DNA of 64,000 nt, taken from assembly GCA_048270185.1 (NCBI GenBank), contig JBLWTJ010000002.1:192001-256000 (forward strand), in the 5' to 3' direction. Every line of letters starts with the position of its first letter. Position 1 is the stretch's first letter. A program made the position numbers and the translations under genes. Shown here one piece after another: positions 58,821-64,000 of this stretch. Below the pieces are notes generated by a model. That model was not told the origin of the DNA. It did not search any database and was given only the letters and a program-made list of their open reading frames with translations. Source of the DNA: Bacteriovoracaceae bacterium (GTDB lineage: Bacteria > Bdellovibrionota > Bacteriovoracia > Bacteriovoracales > Bacteriovoracaceae).

Positions 58821-60031
58821 AATTAGCAATTCTTTCTAAAGAACCAAAGAACTACAGTACACGTCGTCTCGTTGAAGCCTGTAATCAACGAGGACATAAG
58901 GTCAAGGTTCTAAATACTCTAAAATTTGCCATTGACCTGGAAACAGAAGAGCCTGAGCTCTATTATCTCCAGAAGCAATTAGGTCATTACGATGCAGTTC
59001 TACCGAGGATTGGAGCGTCTATTACATATTATGGAACGGCCGTTGTTCGTCAATTTCAACAAATGGATATCTTCTCAGCTAACTCTGCAGATGGAATTCT
59101 AAACTCAAGAGATAAGCTTAGAAGTTTTCAAATTCTTAGTAAGCATAATATTGGAATTCCTGCCACAACATTTGTAAAGAATAAGAAAGATGTACTACCT
59201 GCAATTGAAAGAGTTGGTGGTGCACCTGTTGTTATAAAGTTACTTGAGGGAACTCAAGGTGTCGGTGTTTTACTGGCCCATACAATTGAGATGGCCACAT
59301 CAATCATCGAATTACTACAAAGTCAGAAGCAAAACGTACTTATTCAAAAATTTGTTGCAGAAAGTAAGGGAAAGGATATCCGTGCCATCGTTGTAGGAGA
59401 TGAAGTTGTTGCGGCCATGAGACGAGTTGCTCAGGGACAGGAATTCAGAAGTAATGTTCACCGCGGTGGTAAGACTGAGATGGTTGAACTCGATGATATC
59501 TATAAAGAAACAGCAATTCGCGCAACTAAGCTTATGGGACTTGGTATTGCCGGTGTTGATATGCTCGAAGGCAAAGATGGCCCACAGATTATGGAAGTTA
59601 ACTCTTCTCCGGGTCTTGAAGGAATTGAAACATGCACAGGAATTGATGTGGCAGGTTCAATTATTGACTATATTGCTTCACGTGTTGATTACCCAGAAAT
59701 CGACTATCGTCAAAAGCTAACAGTAAGTAAAGGTTACGGAGTAACTGAAATATATATTCCAGAAGGCTCACAATATATTGGCCAGACAATTAAAGAGTCA
59801 GGACTTCGTGAACGCGATATCAACGCACTCTCTCTACATAGAGCAGGGAAAGTTGTTCCTAACCCTAAATCAGATCGAGTACTAGAAGCTGAAGATCGCC
59901 TGACTTGCTTTGGAAAGCTTGAAGCAATGAAAGATCTTATTCCAGAAAAGACGAAAAGACGTCGTCGTACAAAAGTTAAGAAGATCAAAGACTCTGAAGT
60001 ACTAGACGAAGTAAAAGGACATCACGAATAA
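58817..60031 (+). CDS. rimK: RimK-family alpha-L-glutamate ligase with C-terminal TrkA-C domain
   Basis: YSTRRL, PRIGASIT.YG, EFRSNVHRGG, EVNSSPGLEGIE; C-terminal GQTIKE..LR..LEAEDRL. Confidence 0.9.
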   Translation: MKLAILSKEPKNYSTRRLVEACNQRGHKVKVLNTLKFAIDLETEEPELYYLQKQLGHYDAVLPRIGASITYYGTAVVRQFQQMDIFSANSADGILNSRDKLRSFQILSKHNIGIPATTFVKNKKDVLPAIERVGGAPVVIKLLEGTQGVGVLLAHTIEMATSIIELLQSQKQNVLIQKFVAESKGKDIRAIVVGDEVVAAMRRVAQGQEFRSNVHRGGKTEMVELDDIYKETAIRATKLMGLGIAGVDMLEGKDGPQIMEVNSSPGLEGIETCTGIDVAGSIIDYIASRVDYPEIDYRQKLTVSKGYGVTEIYIPEGSQYIGQTIKESGLRERDINALSLHRAGKVVPNPKSDRVLEAEDRLTCFGKLEAMKDLIPEKTKRRRRTKVKKIKDSEVLDEVKGHHE

Positions 60032-61056
60032 TGGCAGACTCGAATATTTTAGTAATTGGTGAAGAAAGCTTTGCCCCAGGGGAAAGAAAAAGAACCCAGC
60101 TTGAAGTGGCTTCTTTATTTGACTATACAAAGCTACACATTCCAATTGAAGTCATTCGAGGAAAAGAAGATGGACCAACTCTATTTATTAGTGCGGCCAT
60201 TCACGGTGATGAAATCAACGGTGTTGAAATCATCAAGAGAATACTAAAGCGAAAAGACCTAAGAAAGCTCAAAGGAACGCTTATTGCAATTCCTATCGTC
60301 AATGTCTTTGGTTTTAATAATAAATCTCGTTATTTACCTGACCGCAGAGATCTTAATCGTTGCTTCCCTGGAAGCTCTAAAGGATCTCTTGGAGCTAGAT
60401 TAGCTCGTATTTTTATGAACGAAGTTGTTAGTAAATCAACACATGGAATTGATCTCCACACTGGAGCGATCAACCGAACTAACCTTCCTCAAATTAGAGC
60501 ATGTCTTGATGACGAAGAAACTCAGAACCTAGCAAAGAGTTTTGGAGTTCCTGTTACAATTAACTCTAAGATTCGCGATGGCTCACTTAGAGAAGCTGCG
60601 CGAGAGATTAATGTAAAAACGTTACTCTTTGAAGGTGGTGAAGCATTACGATTTGATGAGTCTGTTATTACTGCAGGGGTTCGAGGATGTTTCAATGTTA
60701 TGCAAAATATTGGTATGCTTCCAAAGCCAGTAAGAACAGAAAAGAAAACTCAAGGGCGTCCAAAGAAGAAAGTATTTGAAGCCAGTCATAGTTACTGGGT
60801 GCGAGCTGCACATAGTGGCTCTTTTAGGCTCCACAAGCACCTCGGTGATTATGTTGAAGAAGGCGAAAAGCTTGCGACAATTTCTAGCCCATTTGGAGAT
60901 GACCCACACTATATTCGAGCAACAGAAGCCGGTATTATCATCGGATTAAGTACTATTCCCCTAGTGAATAAGGGAGATGGAATGATTCACATTGCCTCTT
61001 TTAGTAACTCAAAAAAAGTTGAAGAAGCGATTGAGAATTACGAAGACCAGTATTAA
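60031..61056 (+). CDS. Succinylglutamate desuccinylase/aspartoacylase (M14) family protein
   Basis: AIHGDEING, RDLNRCFPG, IDLHTG, FEGGE. Confidence 0.9.
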   Translation: MADSNILVIGEESFAPGERKRTQLEVASLFDYTKLHIPIEVIRGKEDGPTLFISAAIHGDEINGVEIIKRILKRKDLRKLKGTLIAIPIVNVFGFNNKSRYLPDRRDLNRCFPGSSKGSLGARLARIFMNEVVSKSTHGIDLHTGAINRTNLPQIRACLDDEETQNLAKSFGVPVTINSKIRDGSLREAAREINVKTLLFEGGEALRFDESVITAGVRGCFNVMQNIGMLPKPVRTEKKTQGRPKKKVFEASHSYWVRAAHSGSFRLHKHLGDYVEEGEKLATISSPFGDDPHYIRATEAGIIIGLSTIPLVNKGDGMIHIASFSNSKKVEEAIENYEDQY

Positions 61057-61505
61057 TAACCTAATCTTTTAACGGCCAAGGCAACTTTCTTGGCCTCATT
61101 TTTTTCCCAACCCCAATAACCACAAGCATAGCCAACAAGAGTAAGACCATTATTCTCTAACTTCTTTACAGCGAAAATATAATCACGATCTTTTAAGAAA
61201 GAAGTGCTCCTAGGGAAGCGCTGGCAAGCATAAGGATACTCTAGTTGAAATGGGCCATTTGTAAAAGTGTGGCCCTTAATCGACTCTTTTAACATGACCG
61301 TATATTTGAGATCGATTGTCCCCTTCTTAGTCTTCATACAGAGATTATCAAGCTTCTTCACATCTAGATTATGATTTGCTTCTGTAATAGTACCAATAAA
61401 GATAAGAGAGGATTTCTCAATCATTTTCTTATCATCTTTTTTCATGCACTTTGCTTGAGCAATTGAAATTATTAAGCTTAGTAGAATAATCGATAGTAGC
61501 TTCAT
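61053..61505 (-). CDS. Secreted hypothetical protein (possible TIMP/NTR-like fold)
   Basis: Signal peptide then C, SSLIFIGTI, 4 Cys. Confidence 0.5.
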   Translation of the reverse strand: MKLLSIILLSLIISIAQAKCMKKDDKKMIEKSSLIFIGTITEANHNLDVKKLDNLCMKTKKGTIDLKYTVMLKESIKGHTFTNGPFQLEYPYACQRFPRSTSFLKDRDYIFAVKKLENNGLTLVGYACGYWGWEKNEAKKVALAVKRLGY

Positions 61506-61518
61506 TTAAAAAAACCTT

Positions 61519-62142
61519 TTAGTAATCTTTATTTGTTCCGGCCTTTCGTTCAAAATAAATTAGATCGATATAAACGGATGTGGCCAAGATTACTTTTCGT
61601 TGTTCTTCAGTAATAAGTTTGGAATTATATTCAACTAAGAAGTTGTCTTTGTCCGTAAACATCTCATTTAAAATACCAGAAAACTTCTTAAGTATAAGTG
61701 CAATTTCACGCCCAGTATTTGTATATAAAGGATAGGTCCACGGCTTCCAAATAGGAGAACGCATCGACATAACGGTATTCCCCTGTGCATCTTTTAGATC
61801 AAATTTCTTTGTGAATATAGAAAAACGCTTTTCTAAACTTCCCAAAACTCTTCCATTCATATCTTTCACTTCAAGATAGCGAAAGTAAAAACGAAATGGA
61901 TGATGGGCGACCATAAATTCCTTACGATCATTATCGTAGAAATGAATATCAAATTTACGCCAATGACCGAGGGCCTGCCTCATTAAGAAGCCAAATATTC
62001 CTTTTTGTTGTTCAGCTGCATAACCGAGACGACTTCCATCTTCATCTAAGATCTCATATTTATTTCTCGTCTCGTATCCAAGTAGTTCCCAAGCTTCAAA
62101 AACTTGGTGGACAAGTAATTTCTTTCTTAAGCCAATCTCCAT
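61519..62142 (-). CDS. Phospholipid scramblase/LURP-one-like protein
   Basis: ETRNKYEI, HPFRFYF, EMFTDKDNF, IDLIYFE. Confidence 0.75.
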   Translation of the reverse strand: MEIGLRKKLLVHQVFEAWELLGYETRNKYEILDEDGSRLGYAAEQQKGIFGFLMRQALGHWRKFDIHFYDNDRKEFMVAHHPFRFYFRYLEVKDMNGRVLGSLEKRFSIFTKKFDLKDAQGNTVMSMRSPIWKPWTYPLYTNTGREIALILKKFSGILNEMFTDKDNFLVEYNSKLITEEQRKVILATSVYIDLIYFERKAGTNKDY

Positions 62143-62236
62143 CTACCTATAATAACATAGAACTTAACCAAAAATAACTAGATGACTTTGCCATTTACAC
62201 ATATTTACAGCTATTATTGTAGCAGAGGAATAATAA

Positions 62237-63571
62237 ATGATAGACAGTAAACATCTCTCTCGTAAGATGCGAAAGCCGACTGAAAGTATCAAGAAGATCT
62301 TAAAGATCATGGATATTTCCTTTGGCTCGTTTACAGTGCTCTTTATCCTTATTATCGGTTTTCATTTCCTAAAAACAGGAAGTGGGTTAAATGGTTTCCT
62401 CTCTCTTCTTGGCTTCCTCGTATTTAACCTTCTTTTGTCTCAAGTCAGTATCAGAACAAAAGACCCCTATCCCCTCGAGGTCTTTCGTCAAATAACAGGT
62501 ATGGCCGTTTTAAGTCCTATTATCCTCTACTATGTTCAAGATCCTTTCTCTCCTTTTTGGTACACATTTCTAATTATGACCATATCGAGTAGTAATATCC
62601 TCTATGAAATTACAGGAAAGACAATTTATGGTTTTGGCTTTACTGTTTTTGGTACTATCAGCTATATTTTATCGAGCTACTTTCTCTTAAATAATCCAAA
62701 TTGGTATCTCATCTCACTTCACTGTGTGACAATTATGATGCTTGGTGTTTTACTCTTCAATCTCTTCCATCTTATTCACGAAACATTTATGAGTGAAGTT
62801 CAAAAGTCACAACAACTATCAGAAACGATGAAAGAACTAAAGAACACCCAAGATTCTCTCGTATATACATCTCGCATGAGCGCTATCGGAGAAATGGCAG
62901 GAGGAATTGCTCACGAAATTAATAACCCACTTGCAATTATTTCAGGAAGTATCTTTCAAATAAAAAAGGGACTTCGAGACACTCACATCAACCCAGAAAC
63001 ACTACTCAATATTACAAATCGTATTAGCGATACCATCGAAAGAATCACTCAAATTATTATGAGCCTAAAAATTGTTTCAAGAGATTCAGAAGTGACAAAG
63101 GCAAGAGATATTAATCTACGTGACATACTTATTGATGCCACATCAATTTGTAATGAACGATTTAAAGCTCACGGCATTGATTTCCACTTTGATCCCTATA
63201 ATCAAATCTACAATACAATGGTTTACGTTGACCGTGTTCAACTATCACAAGTCTTTATTAATTTACTAAGTAATTCATACGATGCAGTCGAAGGCACAAG
63301 AGATGCTTGGATTAAAATTGAAGTTGAAGATGTAAAAAATTTCGCCAGAGTTAAAGTGATTGATTCAGGTCATGGAATTGCAAAAGAAATTGTTGGAAGA
63401 ATCTTTGACCCATTTTTTACCTCAAAAGATGTTGGCCATGGAACTGGACTAGGGTTATCAATTTCAAAAGGCATTATGGAGAAGAATGGAGGGAGCCTCC
63501 AATTAGATAACGAATCTCAAAATACTTGCTTTATCGCTGAATTACCAAAGTCCAATCCTATAGAGTCTTAG
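62237..63571 (+). CDS. Multi-TM sensor histidine kinase
   Basis: GEMAGGIAHEINNPL, QVFINLLSN, DSGHG, PFFTSK..GTGLGL. Confidence 0.9.
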   Translation: MIDSKHLSRKMRKPTESIKKILKIMDISFGSFTVLFILIIGFHFLKTGSGLNGFLSLLGFLVFNLLLSQVSIRTKDPYPLEVFRQITGMAVLSPIILYYVQDPFSPFWYTFLIMTISSSNILYEITGKTIYGFGFTVFGTISYILSSYFLLNNPNWYLISLHCVTIMMLGVLLFNLFHLIHETFMSEVQKSQQLSETMKELKNTQDSLVYTSRMSAIGEMAGGIAHEINNPLAIISGSIFQIKKGLRDTHINPETLLNITNRISDTIERITQIIMSLKIVSRDSEVTKARDINLRDILIDATSICNERFKAHGIDFHFDPYNQIYNTMVYVDRVQLSQVFINLLSNSYDAVEGTRDAWIKIEVEDVKNFARVKVIDSGHGIAKEIVGRIFDPFFTSKDVGHGTGLGLSISKGIMEKNGGSLQLDNESQNTCFIAELPKSNPIES

Positions 63572-63939
63572 AAACAAGAGATAAAAGAATCCCCAATACT
63601 TCCAAGAACTTTTCTACCTTTTTCATCAAGAATATTTCCATATGAGTTTCCACCGTCACAGTGGTCCTCAACAGTCATTATAATTGTATAGATTTCACCT
63701 GTTTGTGTTGCTTGAACTTTCATTTCAGCTAGTGCGTTGTGGCAGTATTCATATTCAAAGTCAGAAAATACCGGGTACTTTAAGAAGTCTTCTTTTGTAA
63801 GTGAAGGAAGCTTACGGTAACCAATTTCAGAATATTCATCTTTATCATAGCTTGAAGCAAGATCAACATTATTTAACTCAGGGCATGCTGATGCAGCAAA
63901 AGTAAGAAATGAGAACAACATGACAACGATATATTTCAC
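63568..63939 (-). CDS. Small secreted hypothetical protein
   Basis: GGAGG RBS before GTG 63939; signal peptide ASA; CDGGNSYG. Confidence 0.65.
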   Translation of the reverse strand: MKYIVVMLFSFLTFAASACPELNNVDLASSYDKDEYSEIGYRKLPSLTKEDFLKYPVFSDFEYEYCHNALAEMKVQATQTGEIYTIIMTVEDHCDGGNSYGNILDEKGRKVLGSIGDSFISCF

Positions 63940-64000
63940 AGGGAACCTCCACAACAAATCTTTAAAACTAAAGCTTTTTTACCTAGCGGGAGGCCAAGAG

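Noticed and set aside
1188..60909. Many short ORFs in the track overlapping long genes (e.g. 21971..22471, 35609..36019, 59427..59720)
   Set aside because: Antisense or alternate-frame shadows of well-supported genes, with no motifs recognised
62237..63571. Cognate kinase for the island's response regulator
   Set aside because: About 10 kb outside the island with no linking evidence; the in-operon kinase is the simpler candidate
1..64000. CRISPR arrays, tRNA/rRNA, transposases, integrases, prophage genes
   Set aside because: No regularly spaced repeats, cloverleaf-like sequences or mobile-element protein motifs recognised by eye

Overview
AT-rich bacterial chromosome segment, gene-dense and rich in secreted proteins, proteases and lipoproteins. 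The gene content suggests a predatory Bdellovibrionota genome (Bacteriovoracaceae/Halobacteriovorax-like); this is inference only. Housekeeping and stress genes include katG, dbpA, metG, ogt, bcp, ldhA, trxC, a rimB-rimK-astE-like triad, and TonB with a heme-type receptor. The standout is a ~16 kb island (36.7-52.8 kb) built around two divergent sigma-54-type promoters. The rightward operon encodes a secreted coiled-coil protein, a Sec-signal-bearing precursor-like peptide with two (S/T)(S/N)IRC repeats, a standalone YcaO, a GNAT, an orphan OppA-like binding protein, a SagB-type azole dehydrogenase and a hybrid histidine kinase. The leftward operon encodes seven uncharacterised exported proteins (two are paralogs), then an NtrC-family GAFTGA activator and a tiny H-box protein. 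The layout suggests an undescribed azole-RiPP peptide signalling (quorum-sensing-like) circuit controlling a secreted protein complex. Also seen: a nonsense-disrupted chemoreceptor, a frameshifted mddA, a catalytically dead trypsin-like paralog, a secreted clan-CD-like peptidase and a possible sphingolipid-catabolism pair. No rRNA, tRNA, CRISPR array or transposase was recognised.
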